The notes under the pieces are model-generated. The model worked only from the letters and a program-made list of their open reading frames with translations, was not told the DNA's origin and did not search any database. Positions 41,033-51,670 of a DNA stretch of 64,000 nucleotides are shown here, one piece after another. The stretch comes from Candidatus Bathyarchaeota archaeon. GTDB taxonomy: Archaea > Thermoproteota > Bathyarchaeia > TCS64. The stretch covers positions 192,001-256,000 of the forward strand of contig CAVYVF010000002.1 of assembly GCA_963771885.1 (NCBI GenBank), written 5' to 3'. Every line of letters starts with the position of its first letter. The stretch's first letter is position 1. The position numbers and the translations under genes were made by a program.

Positions 41033-41419
41033 GTCACGGTCTGGAACGATACTTTAACAAAGCGCAAGGCGACGGGCGGCAAGAAGAGGCCTTACAGGGC
41101 ACACCGCATCTACGAGGTCGGCAGGCACCCAGTAGAGACACTCGAGGGCGAGCAGAAGCTCAAGACTGTCAGTGGGCGTGCTGGAATCGAGAAGGTGAAG
41201 ATCGTCCGCGCGAACATCGTAAACGTCTCCGACCCAGAGTCTGGGAAGACGGAGAAGCTCGACATCATCGACGTCGTGAGCAACCCCGCGAACGCGGACT
41301 ACAACCGCCGCGGCGTGATCACGAAGGGCACGATAGTGAGGACCGAGAAGGGACTAGCGAGGATCATTAGCCGCCCCGGCCAGACCGGCTCTCTCAGCGC
41401 AGTCGTCTACAAGGAGTAA
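41033..41419 (+). CDS. rps8e: 30S ribosomal protein S8e (inferred GTC or ACG start)
   Basis: VW...KRKATGGK, in frame with NPAN..YNRRGVITKG and SRPGQTG. Confidence 0.92.
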   Translation, partial: VTVWNDTLTKRKATGGKKRPYRAHRIYEVGRHPVETLEGEQKLKTVSGRAGIEKVKIVRANIVNVSDPESGKTEKLDIIDVVSNPANADYNRRGVITKGTIVRTEKGLARIISRPGQTGSLSAVVYKE

Positions 41420-41441
41420 GCTTTTTTCGCCCACGCCCCCC

Positions 41442-41744
41442 TTGGGGGCTAGGTGCTCAGCTTGCAGATCAAAGGGTAAAATAATTCTCTGGCCTATCTA
41501 CTTCGACTCCACAGTTTCATGGAGCAACGGCCGTCGTGTGCCAAAGGTGAATGCTATTCGAGCGCCGAAGACCGAGGACATTGTTAAGGCAGCCGTATCG
41601 GCGGGACTCAAGGCTGAGCTCCAGCCAAACGTCGCCCACCCTCGCTACCCCTTCATTAAATCGGGTTACGTCCTCGTTGACACCAAGGAGCCTAAGGAGA
41701 AGGTCATCAAGCTGATAGCTAGCAAACTGCCCCGCGGCAACTAA
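41442..41744 (+). CDS. srp19: Signal recognition particle 19 kDa protein (start uncertain)
   Basis: ILWPIYFD...GRRVPK...HPRYP..SG. Confidence 0.9.
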   Translation: MGARCSACRSKGKIILWPIYFDSTVSWSNGRRVPKVNAIRAPKTEDIVKAAVSAGLKAELQPNVAHPRYPFIKSGYVLVDTKEPKEKVIKLIASKLPRGN

Positions 41745-41785
41745 TTCACCCAACGATTATAAGTCTCCCAGACACCGCTTAACGC

Positions 41786-42058
41786 GTGCCCCCAAGAGAG
41801 GAACAGCGAAAACCGCACAGCATAGGCACCGTCATGCATGTCTCCAAGAGTACGGGTCAGCTCATCGTCAGAGCCAAGGAGGAGGCTAGCATAGGCGACT
41901 TCGTCTACGACTCAAAGCGCAAGCGCGTTGGCGTTGTCTTCGACTTCTTCGGTCCAGTCGACGGTCCTTACATCGCCGTCAAGCCGCATGGAGATCCCGC
42001 CGCTTTCGTTGGCGCCGAGCTCTATGTCGAGGAGAGACGTAGGGAAAGGCGACGCTAA
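41786..42058 (+). CDS. gar1: H/ACA RNP subunit Gar1/Naf1
   Basis: VGVVFDFFGPVDGPY. Confidence 0.85.
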   Translation: MPPREEQRKPHSIGTVMHVSKSTGQLIVRAKEEASIGDFVYDSKRKRVGVVFDFFGPVDGPYIAVKPHGDPAAFVGAELYVEERRRERRR

Positions 42059-43251
42059 CCCCGTAAGTAGTCTCGAATCTCGACGATTTTACCCCCCTTC
42101 AAGAATACTCTAGGTACACGTCTGGCTATGGCGCACGTGACCTCGTGGGGGATCGTTTCAAGCCATGTCGCCATCTCCTCGACGCTAGGAGCACATCCCC
42201 CACCGAAGAGAGTGACCTCGTCACCAATCTCAGCTGCCTCGGCGTCTGTCAGGTCTATCATACACTGGTCCATGCAGACGCGCCCCACTATCGGCACTCT
42301 GTTTCCCTTGAAGTCGACCCAGCCCCTATTTGACAGCGCCCTCCGGTACCCGTCGGCGTAGCCTATTGGGAGCGTGCCAATTATGCTCAGGCGCTTCGCT
42401 TTGTATATTATTCCGTAGCTAATCCCTGCTCCTTTGGCGACGGCTTTGACGTTTGAGAGCCGAGCCTTGAGCGCCATCGCAGGCTTGAGGTTCACTCTCT
42501 TAAGGTTCACGTCGGGACCAGGTTCATATCCGTAGAGCATAATGCCTGGTCGCACCATGTCGAGGGCGTACTCGGGAAGGTCTATGATTGCTGCGCTGTT
42601 TGAGACGTGTCTAATCGGCGGCTCGACGCCGAGCCTTCTCAGCTCAGTGAGGACCCATGTGAACAATTCGTATTGGTGGCGCGTGTAGGTCTTGTCTGCG
42701 GCATCGGAGACAGCGAAGTGTGTGAAGATGCCTTCAAGCTCTACGTTGGGGAGGGCGGCGATCTCGGCGATGGCGCGTATCGCCCCGCTGCTTGGCTGGA
42801 ATCCTAGGCGCCCCATCCCTGTGTCCACCTTGACGTGCGCTGTCGCGACCACGCCGAGCCTCCCCGCGGCTTCATTGAGCGCCTCTGCCTGCTGTGGCGT
42901 GTATACTGTCGCCGACACGTTATTCTCGATGAGCGTCTCGTAGTCGGCGTCGGGTGTGTAGCCCAAGTTCAGTATCGGCGCCTCGATACCGGCCTTCCTC
43001 AGCTCGAGTGCCTCGGTTAGCGCCGCGACGCCAAGCCTGTCGGCGCCGTTCTCGAGAAAAGTTTTCGAGGCTGTGACTGCTCCATGTCCGTAGGCATCCG
43101 CCTTCACCGCCGCGAGTATCTCAGCGCTGCTGTCGGCTAGCCTCCTGACCTCACGGATGTTGTTCGCGAGGGCGTCAAGGTCCACCTCCGTCCACGCAGG
43201 CCGTGGGATGGGCATCGCGTCCATAACGTGTAATCCATCGCATCTCCCCAA
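42055..43251 (-). CDS. alr: Alanine racemase, bacterial type
   Basis: AVKADAYGHG, HVKVDTGMGRLG, GISYG, GYADG, GRVCMDQ. Confidence 0.95.
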   Translation of the reverse strand: MGRCDGLHVMDAMPIPRPAWTEVDLDALANNIREVRRLADSSAEILAAVKADAYGHGAVTASKTFLENGADRLGVAALTEALELRKAGIEAPILNLGYTPDADYETLIENNVSATVYTPQQAEALNEAAGRLGVVATAHVKVDTGMGRLGFQPSSGAIRAIAEIAALPNVELEGIFTHFAVSDAADKTYTRHQYELFTWVLTELRRLGVEPPIRHVSNSAAIIDLPEYALDMVRPGIMLYGYEPGPDVNLKRVNLKPAMALKARLSNVKAVAKGAGISYGIIYKAKRLSIIGTLPIGYADGYRRALSNRGWVDFKGNRVPIVGRVCMDQCMIDLTDAEAAEIGDEVTLFGGGCAPSVEEMATWLETIPHEVTCAIARRVPRVFLKGGKIVEIRDYLRG

Positions 43252-43302
43252 TATCGGTTGCCTTCCAGAATTGGTTTTAAGCTAAGGTGAGGATCGTGAT
43301 GC

Positions 43303-44007
43303 ATGGCCTCGGGCAGGATTCTAATAATCCAGAACGACCCCGTGGAGAACCTCGGCTTGTACGAGGCGTTTCTCAGGGAGAAAGCCGAGGTGGATGTAGC
43401 TCACGCCTACTCGATGAAGGTGGGTGAACGATTCCCCGGCACGGATGCTTACTCAGCGTTCATCATTGGTCCCACACCAATCTCAGCAAACGCGGTCGAG
43501 AAGCACCCCTTCCTTGTGTGCGAGTGGGAGTACTTGTCCCGTATTGTGGGGAGCAACAAGCCGGTGCTCGGAGTCTGCTGTGGCGGGCAGATTCTCGCGA
43601 GGCTCCTCGGCGGGGAGGTCGTGAGGAGCCCGAGCAAGGAGGTTGGGGGCTACACTGTGAAGCTGACAGACGCGGGTATTTCTGATCCGCTCTTCCGTGA
43701 CTTCCCTGTGGATGTGCCTGTTTTCCATTGGCATAGTGACATGTTCAAGGTCCCGCCGGGAGGTAAGCAAATTGCCCGCGGTGACCCGTGCCCCATACAG
43801 GCATATGCCTGGAGGAACATACGTGGTGTTCTCTTCCACCTAGAGATTAACCACCACGAGGCGGAGCGTTGGGCGTCCGCCTACCCCGAAGAGTTAGCAG
43901 CTGTGGGGAAAACGAGGGATCAAGTGCTCGAGGAGTGCCGTATGAGGGAAACCGAGATGAGTCGGCTCGCCGAGAAGCTCATCGACAACTTTCTTAATCT
44001 TACCTAA
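43303..44007 (+). CDS. Type 1 glutamine amidotransferase-like protein
   Basis: LGVCCGGQ, WHSD, FHLE. Confidence 0.88.
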   Translation: MASGRILIIQNDPVENLGLYEAFLREKAEVDVAHAYSMKVGERFPGTDAYSAFIIGPTPISANAVEKHPFLVCEWEYLSRIVGSNKPVLGVCCGGQILARLLGGEVVRSPSKEVGGYTVKLTDAGISDPLFRDFPVDVPVFHWHSDMFKVPPGGKQIARGDPCPIQAYAWRNIRGVLFHLEINHHEAERWASAYPEELAAVGKTRDQVLEECRMRETEMSRLAEKLIDNFLNLT

Positions 44008-44061
44008 CTGGTAAACCTCATCAACTCGAAGCACCAAATTTAGTCGGTTGGTGTTTCTAGC

Positions 44062-45195
44062 ATGAAGATAACTAAGGTCGAGATAATCCCCGTCAACTTG
44101 CCGAAGAAGAAGGTGCTCTCCCTCTCCCGCTACGGAAAGCTGGGTGAGGGGACGCCCTTCGAGTTCATCTTGACGCGCATCCATACGGACGAGGGCGTCA
44201 CCGGGGTCGGCGAGTGTCCGCCTCTCCCACCACTCAGCCCCGAAAACCAGGGAGTTGTCGCCGAGATGCTGAGGCGCTGGATCGTCCCCAACATCATAGG
44301 GATGGACCCCTTCGACCTCGAGGGCATCTGGGAGAAGATGGACTACTGGGCCCCCACGTACCCAATGGCGAAGGCAGCCATCGACATGGCCCTCTGGGAC
44401 ATCATGGGCAGGAGCCTGAACGTCCCAGTCTACAAGCTCCTCGGAGGGGGATCGAACCCCAAGAAGATACCGAACGCCGGACTTATTGGCATCGACACCC
44501 CAGCAAAGGTCGCCGCCGAGGGGAAGCGCCTCGTAAAAGAAGGCTACACGGCCATCAGGCTCAAGATAGGCCCGAAGAGGGACGCCACATGCGTAAAGGC
44601 GATTCGTGAAGCCATAGGCGAAGATGTAGTACTTCGCGTCGACTGTAACCAGGGCTACGCAGCCCACGAAGCGATCAAAATGATCAGGGAGATAGAGCAG
44701 TGGGGCGTCGAGCTCGTGGAGCAGCCGACCGTCTGGTGGGACTTTGCCTCGATCGCTAAGGTCGCGGGTTCAGTCGACACGCCCATAATGCCACATGAAT
44801 CTCTGTTCTCTATGGCCGATGTGAAGACCTTAATCGATATGGGTGCGATTGGCGTTTTAGGGCTGAAGACCTACCGACCAGCCGGGGGAATAACCAACGT
44901 TAAGCGTATACTCGACATGGCTCGGGTGATGAACATCCCGACACTCATGCACGACGACCTTGAGATGGGAGTCAGTCTTTCCGCTGCATCCCATATAATC
45001 GCGGGCTGCGGGAGGGCCATCACACAGACTTGTGAGCTCAGCGGGTTCCCAGAGTGGATCAACGAGGATGTCATCAAGGAACCCGTGAAGTTGGAGGGCG
45101 GTTACATCGCGCCCCCGAAAGGGCCGGGGCTCGGCTTCGAGCTCAACGAGGCGGTCGTCAAGAAGAACACGACGGGTATAATAGTCGTTCAGTAA
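44062..45195 (+). CDS. Enolase-superfamily dipeptide epimerase/MLE-like protein
   Basis: AKAAIDMALWD, RLK, RVDCNQG, VEQP, HES, GPGLG. Confidence 0.85.
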   Translation: MKITKVEIIPVNLPKKKVLSLSRYGKLGEGTPFEFILTRIHTDEGVTGVGECPPLPPLSPENQGVVAEMLRRWIVPNIIGMDPFDLEGIWEKMDYWAPTYPMAKAAIDMALWDIMGRSLNVPVYKLLGGGSNPKKIPNAGLIGIDTPAKVAAEGKRLVKEGYTAIRLKIGPKRDATCVKAIREAIGEDVVLRVDCNQGYAAHEAIKMIREIEQWGVELVEQPTVWWDFASIAKVAGSVDTPIMPHESLFSMADVKTLIDMGAIGVLGLKTYRPAGGITNVKRILDMARVMNIPTLMHDDLEMGVSLSAASHIIAGCGRAITQTCELSGFPEWINEDVIKEPVKLEGGYIAPPKGPGLGFELNEAVVKKNTTGIIVVQ

Positions 45196-45260
45196 TTCCT
45201 CAGATATTCTCTTAGGGATTTCACGAGGCGCATGAATACTAACAATTTATATTCTCGCCT

Positions 45261-46871
45261 TTGCGCACATGTGCAAGGAGTCCAACGACAGTATTGTCCC
45301 TGGAGCCTTGTCCCAGAGTTCTGGTCGGCGGCACACTAATTGATGGTACGGGCCGCCAGCCAATCACCGACAGCATCGTTGTGATGCAGGGCGACTACAT
45401 ATTAGCCGCAGGAAAAAAGGGTAAGATCGAGGTACCGAAGGGGGCCGAGGTCTACGACGTCACCGGCATGACTGTAGTGCCGGGTTTCATCGATAGCCAC
45501 TGCCACTTCTACGGCATGGGTCTCTCGATGATACGGGACGTCCAGCTCCGCGACACACCCTCCCTCGAAGGCGCTTTGACCCGCCTCAAGGAGAAGGCTA
45601 AGGCAGCCAAGAAGGGGGAGTGGATAATCGGCAAGGGCTGGGACGAGTCCAAGTGGCCCGAGAACAGGTACCCCACCAAGCAGGATCTCGACGCCGTCTG
45701 TAAGACAAACCCCATGATGATCGTCAGGATATGCGGCCACATGTTAACCCTCAATACCGCCGCGCTGAAGATGGGGGGAATCACTGGAAAGACCCCGCAG
45801 CCTGAGGGCGGACATATCGACATGGGTGATGACAGAGAGCCCACGGGCATACTCAGGGATTGCAGGCACCTAATAGAGACCTGCATCCCACAGGCGAGTG
45901 AGGAGCAGGCAGTCGAGGGTTTGAAGGTCGCGTCCGAATACGCGCTCAGCCTCGGATGTACGAGCGTAGGCGACGCCGGGTTGGGGGCGGACGCCCTCAA
46001 GGCGTATCAGACAGCGCTCGCAAAGGGCATGCTGAAGGTCCGCGCTTACCTCTTCCTCAACGAGACGGTCCAGAAGCAGAGCTATGAGGTCGGAATCAGG
46101 ACAGGTTTTGGCAACGATATGATAAAGGTCGGGCCAACGAAACTGTTAATGGACGGTAGCCTCGGCGCCCGCACCGCAGCGCTCTTTGAGCCGTACACTG
46201 ACGAGCCCTCTACGAAGGGCTTACTGATAATGCCGCCCGAGGCCCTCGACGAGAAGGCGAAGGCTGCCAACGAGCACGGCAACCAGCTAGCAATACACGC
46301 TATAGGCGACTACGCTATCGAGTGCGTCATAAACAGCATACAGGCTGCCCTCAAAGAGAAGCCTCGAAAGGATCACCGCCACAGGATCGAGCACTGCGAG
46401 ATACTCACCGCGGGGCAGATCGAGAGGATCAAGCAGCTTGGGATAATCCCCGCCGTCCAACCGAACTTCGTCGGCGAGTGGGCGGGACCGGGCAGCATGT
46501 ACGAGCAGCGCCTCGGGGCAAATCGCAACAAGCTGAACAACCCTTACAGGATCATGCTCGACGAGGGTATAATCTTCGCGTTCGGCAGCGACGGTATGCC
46601 CTTCCACCCGATCTACGGTATCTGGAGCGCTGTAAACCACGGCATCAAGGAGGCCAGGATAAAGCTGGTCGAGGCGATAAAGTGCTACACTCTTAACGGC
46701 GCCTATGCGAGCTTCGACGAGAAGCTGAAGGGGAGCATCGAGGTCGGAAAGCTGGCCGACATCGCTGTCGTGGATAGAGACCTTACTAAGATCAAGGCGG
46801 AGGACATACGGGATGCCAAGGTCTACATGACCCTTGTCGGTGGGAAGATCCTCTACCACAAGGGGCTTTAA
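45261..46871 (+). CDS. YtcJ-like amidohydrolase (start probably the TTG near 45294)
   Basis: PGFIDSHCH, DGSLGARTA, HAIGD, RIEH, FGSD. Confidence 0.9.
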   Translation: MRTCARSPTTVLSLEPCPRVLVGGTLIDGTGRQPITDSIVVMQGDYILAAGKKGKIEVPKGAEVYDVTGMTVVPGFIDSHCHFYGMGLSMIRDVQLRDTPSLEGALTRLKEKAKAAKKGEWIIGKGWDESKWPENRYPTKQDLDAVCKTNPMMIVRICGHMLTLNTAALKMGGITGKTPQPEGGHIDMGDDREPTGILRDCRHLIETCIPQASEEQAVEGLKVASEYALSLGCTSVGDAGLGADALKAYQTALAKGMLKVRAYLFLNETVQKQSYEVGIRTGFGNDMIKVGPTKLLMDGSLGARTAALFEPYTDEPSTKGLLIMPPEALDEKAKAANEHGNQLAIHAIGDYAIECVINSIQAALKEKPRKDHRHRIEHCEILTAGQIERIKQLGIIPAVQPNFVGEWAGPGSMYEQRLGANRNKLNNPYRIMLDEGIIFAFGSDGMPFHPIYGIWSAVNHGIKEARIKLVEAIKCYTLNGAYASFDEKLKGSIEVGKLADIAVVDRDLTKIKAEDIRDAKVYMTLVGGKILYHKGL

Positions 46872-47079
46872 CCTCATTTTATGGGTAAATTATGCCTCTT
46901 CCTCCACCGAGGAGGATAGGGGTACTATCTGGATTATCTCAATGGCGGTTGAATACGCGATAGCCCTTATTACGCTTCTGCGGGTTATCACCGTAACCTA
47001 AGTAATTGGTAGCATATGTATTGGCTATAACCAGTATCTAGAAATCAAATATATGATACGTTTAGGATAGGAAACTGAG

Positions 47080-47526
47080 TTAATCCGCCGTTTCGATGGT
47101 CTCAAGCTCCTTAATGTAATCAGGCTCAAGCCCATGCTCCTTAGCGCCACTGACCATTAAGCCGAGATACCTCTTCGTAGGCTTAAAGGGACCCTTTGGA
47201 TTCGTCGTTCTGTACGTGGCCGCCTTTACTGCTTTTCCTGTCTCGTCGACGACGTAGATGGTTTGCCTGAAGTAAATACCGTCGGGCACGCCCTCGATGG
47301 AGTCGAGGTGGAGGAGCTCATCGTTATCCACTTCATAGAGTACGCCCCTGACAAGCTTGGCCGCCGCCGGCTCAATACCCGTGACGCCTCCCTTGTAGGT
47401 TCGACTCATGAAGTTGAATTGGACCTCCCAGTTAGGGAGGAACGCCTTACCCTTATAGACCGCCTTGGGGCAATGCCTCTGAAGCGTCGCCGAGTCCAAG
47501 AAGGAACCATATGAGAAGTACAGCAT
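47080..47526 (-). CDS. Gamma-glutamylcyclotransferase-family protein
   Basis: YFSYGS, VRGVLY, LDSIEG, GAKEHGL. Confidence 0.88.
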   Translation of the reverse strand: MLYFSYGSFLDSATLQRHCPKAVYKGKAFLPNWEVQFNFMSRTYKGGVTGIEPAAAKLVRGVLYEVDNDELLHLDSIEGVPDGIYFRQTIYVVDETGKAVKAATYRTTNPKGPFKPTKRYLGLMVSGAKEHGLEPDYIKELETIETAD

Positions 47527-47575
47527 GGGGCTGATTGGGGATTAATGGTTAAAAGAGTTACCTCGTTTCCGACAA

Positions 47576-48167
47576 TCACTTGGCGCGCTTGTAGTCCTTC
47601 TCGCCCAAGATGTGGCGGTGGTACATCCAGTTCACGTGCCCTGGCGTTAGCTCGACCCTCAACAGGTCACCCTCCGTGGATGAAGCCCTGACGCGTTCCA
47701 TCTCCGCCACAGTCCTGTACCACTCATTAAGCCGTCTGCCCTTATCATCCATCTCTTCGGCGTGGCAGCTGAAATGAGTGTAGCCGTTCTCGTAGCAGTA
47801 GATGTGCACGAGTGTGAAGAGGCTCCCGCCTACCCCCTTGCCCTCGATGAGGCTCGCCATATCGTCGCCGTAGAAGCCACCGGACAGCTCTGCGTCCTCG
47901 TAGCCGAAGAAGAAGGCTAGAGGCTCCCTTCCCTGTCTGACCATCATGAGGAAGAAGCCCTCCTTCTCACCCCTCCTGATCATGTCCCAGACCGTGTACC
48001 TGAGCTCCTCCCTGAACATCTGGGAGTCGATCCTAAGAACCTCGTCTATGAGCACCCTGTCCAGTGTAACATGGACGCTGATCTTTACAGGACTCCCAAG
48101 AAGGGTGCTAAGTCTCTCCTCTACTCTGTCTCGCTGCTTCCTCGAAAAAGGGTGGCTCCTCGCCCAT
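47576..48167 (-). CDS. GNAT-like hypothetical protein, frameshift in a T run near 48147
   Basis: FYGDDMAS..EGKGVGGSL; ATG at 48167 joins the ORF if one T is removed. Confidence 0.6.
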
Positions 48168-48174
48168 GGGGGAG

Positions 48175-49174
48175 CTACTTGATGCCGTACCGCTTAAGAC
48201 CTGCGCCGACAACTTCGCGAATCATGTCGTCGAAGTTCCAGCCGCCTCGCAGCCACATGAAGGGGTAGAAGCTGAAGTCGTCCACCGACGGGTCGGCGTC
48301 GATGCCGGGGAGCGGGTTGATCTCAAGGAAGTATAGTTCGCCGCGGCTGTTGTACCTGAAGTCGAGGCGTCCCCAGTCGTAGCACTGGAGTATCTTAACT
48401 GCCTTAAGGGTGGTCTCTTCGACCTCCCTTCTTGAGCTTGGCGGGTAGCTTGGCAGGGCAGAGGTAGTTGGCTGAGGTATCGTAGATGGTCTTCGCCTTC
48501 TGGCCGAGGACGGTGCCGAGCTCGGGGGCGAACTTGCTGAAATCCATCTCAAAGATGGGAAGGATGCGCGGTTTTTCCTCTCCTATGAAGTTGCCGACTA
48601 TGCCGACGCTGAATTCGCGCCCATCGATGAACTCTTCGGCGAGTATACCCTGCTTGTATACGCCGAGCATCTCCTTGAGTTTCCTGCGCAGCTGCTTCTC
48701 GTCGTGTACCACGTTGTCGATGTTGATGCCGATGCTGCTGCCCTCGTGGCTTGGCTTAAGGATGAGTGGGTACCTGAGCTTGGCGGGAACTGCGTCGTCT
48801 TTCTCGTAGAGGACGGTGAAAGGCGCGGTCTTGACGCCATGCCACTCAAGCACCTTCTTCGTCGTGGGTTTATCGAGGCAGATGGCGGTCGCCATGATGC
48901 CAGCCCCCGTGTATGGAATGCCGAGCATCTCACAGAAGGCGGGGACCTGGCTCTCCCTACTCTCGCCACGGATGCCTTCAGCCCTGTTGAGCACGAGATC
49001 CGGCCTCTCACGCCTGAGTGTCTCGAAGCAGGTCTCATCGGCCTCGATCTGGAGGTACTCCCAGCCGGCGGCCTCGATGGCGTGCTTCACGAGCTCAATT
49101 GTGTGGGGTGGCTCGTACTCGACCTGGAACTCGCCTTTGTCATGGCGAGTGTTACAACAAAAAGCTATCCTCAA
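48175..49174 (-). CDS. D-Ala-D-Ala ligase-like ATP-grasp enzyme, frameshift near 48430
   Basis: GIPYTG, DKPTTK, KPSHEGSSIGI, EEFIDGREF, RLDFR, LEINPLPG. Confidence 0.88.
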
Positions 49175-49184
49175 CTTATTGTGG

Positions 49185-50547
49185 CTAGGGGACGTCCGAG
49201 AGGACCTCCTTGTAGATGCTCAGGGTCTGATTCTTGATCTTCTCTGGCATCGTGATCGCATTCGTGGATGCCGAAGAAAAGTCTTGTAGAGCTCGTCTTC
49301 GCGGCCCTTAGCCTCTTCGAGGAACCTCTGCTCGAACTCCTGAGTCAGGGGGCTCCTGTCCCCGTTCTTCCATGCTAGGTAGAAGGCGAATAGCTGCTCG
49401 TCGCGGCCCCTGCCCGTAAGGGCGTAGGTGTTGACGTCGCTTCCGCCGAAGAGGCTGAAGTACTCCTTACAGTCCTCCGTGAGCATGTTCCTGTTGAGCC
49501 CGACGGTCTTGGGGTCGAAGCCGCACGCCTTGATGAGTAGGTACATCTTGCTGCAGACGCTGCAGCTCATGCACCAGCGTGTGTCGCGGCCAGCTTCGGT
49601 CTCGACGAAGCAGCTCATGTGGTACTTGGCGACTTCGGGGTATCTCTTGTAGAGGGCGTAGACGACTGCGATGTCGTTGAGCGGCTCTATGACGCTCATC
49701 GTGCGGACGCCGCCGTTTGTGAGGAGGCGGGTGATGAGGTCGATGTTAACTGGTCCACTTGTGGCTCTGGTCGAAGGCGGGGTAGCAGATGTAGCCCTCG
49801 CTGTCGTAGTAGTACTCGCTGCAGCTCTGCTCGTTGCCGAAGAGTATGTACTTCGCTCTGGAACGTGTTGGCGATAGGGAGGAGCATCATCGCGTACTGG
49901 GTGTTCTGGAGTCCCCAGCCGATCTCCGTCTTGCCAACGCCGAGGCGTATGCCGTCGCGCAGGTGGCCTGTCGTGTGGATGATCTTGTTCAGCTTCACCT
50001 TGAACTCGTTCTCGAACTCTTTGGCGAGCACGTCCTTGTGCTTCTCCTCGTATAGGAGGAGGGGCTCGACGACGTACGCTGCCTGCGGGTTGAGTCCTAG
50101 TTCGCGGCACACCGCCCACGTGAGTAGGCTGTCCTTGCCGAAGCTGAGGGCGACGACGCTGCTGTCGTCCCTGCTCGGCTGCTTATAGGTCGGGAACTTT
50201 ACGTCGTAGTCGTTGAACTTGATCTTCAGGTTCATGAACTCCTTGATGAGCTCCGACGTGCGTGTCCCGTCTACGTCTGCGCAGCTTGGCAGGTCCATCA
50301 GTAGGTTCTGAAAGAACTGCGTCTGGAAGAAGGGGGCTGAGGTGTTGTACCTGAGCTCGCTCTTCCGGAGGGTCAGGGGGAGGTGGACGGTCTCAGCGTA
50401 GACGAGGTTGTCGAAGAGAACGTCCTTCGCCTCCTGGGGATAATTCTTCCAGAAGCCGTTGGGGTACTTTACGACATACCGCGACCCGCGGAGATTAATT
50501 TCATAACCCGTCTCGATCTGTCTCGCTTCAATGGAGAGGCTAGACAC
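49185..50547 (-). CDS. PP-loop ATPase, MurL (peptide L-to-D-Glu epimerase)-like, several frameshifts
   Basis: LSFGKDSLL PP-loop; MSC...RWCMSCSVC Cys motif. Confidence 0.55.
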
Positions 50548-50640
50548 TATACATATACCTGCGTGGACTTTCTATCCGGAGACGATAACTCATTAATGCT
50601 ACTTATTATTGCTTACTATTAGGTTAGACCCAGATCTTGA

Positions 50641-51612
50641 CTGCAATGTTGCAAGACGGAATTAATCAAGCATGGGATCGGCGACACGATATTTACACAT
50701 TCCCGCAATCTCGAACAGTTGCTTGGATACAGCAATATTTACCTGAAATTTGAGGGCGGCAACCCGACTGGGACGATGAAGGACCGCGCGTCCTACGCCT
50801 GTCTCAGGCTGGCTAAGAGGAAGGGTTACGGGGAGGTCGTCATAGCCTCATGCGGTAACTTCGGCGCGAGCTATCGTCAGCACTATCACGATTCTTCGGC
50901 GTCAAGGTGCACGTCTACATTCCCGAGAAGTACCACACGCCCCGCATAGCATCCATGGAGAAGCTGGGCGGGATCATACACAGGGCTCCCGGCACCTATG
51001 AGGACGTTGTCGCCCTCTCCAGTGAGGAGGCGGCGAAGCGTGGATGGTACAACGGGAACCCCGGTACACCCGAGAACAGGAAGGTATCCATCGAGGCATA
51101 CGCTACGATCTCCTACGAGATCGCAAAAAGGCTAGGGGACGCACCTGACGTGGTCGCTGTCCCAACAGGCAACGGCACGACCATCGCTGGAATCAACCAC
51201 GGCTTCCAGGTCCTCCTAAGGAGAAGGAAAGACAAAGAAAGCACCCGCATTAATTGCTGCTAGTACAACGGGTGGAAACCCCGTAGTCTCCTGTTTCCTC
51301 GAAGGAGAGAGGATGATCAGTGACTTGAAGCCGGACAGCATCGACGAGACCAATGTAAACGAGCCCCTCGTCAGCTGGATTAGCCTTGATGGGCAGGACG
51401 CCCTCGACGCGGTCTGGGAGAGCAAGGGCTGGGCTGTACATATCGCCGACGAGGAGATGATCCGGTACTCGGAGATCCTTCTTCGCGAGGAGGGTCTCTC
51501 GGTGTTGCCCGCTTCCTGTTCATCCGTCGCCGCCCTCCCCCTCTACATCAAGGAGAGAAAGCTGAGGAAGGGCCTTGACCTCGTTGCTTTACTCACGGCG
51601 AGGAACTTCTGA
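50641..51612 (+). CDS. Fold-type II PLP enzyme (threonine synthase-like), two frameshifts, start uncertain
   Basis: LKFEGGNPTGTMKDR, ASCGNFG, PTGNGT, EEGL.V.PAS. Confidence 0.8.
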
Positions 51613-51670
51613 GCCAAGCAAACGCTTATTCCCGGCGGTAGCGCGGTAGAAGTAATTCCGGTGAGAGAGT

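Noticed and set aside
40591..41370. 259-aa plus-strand ORF
   Set aside because: It overlaps hypE antisense and S8e in another frame, so it is spurious
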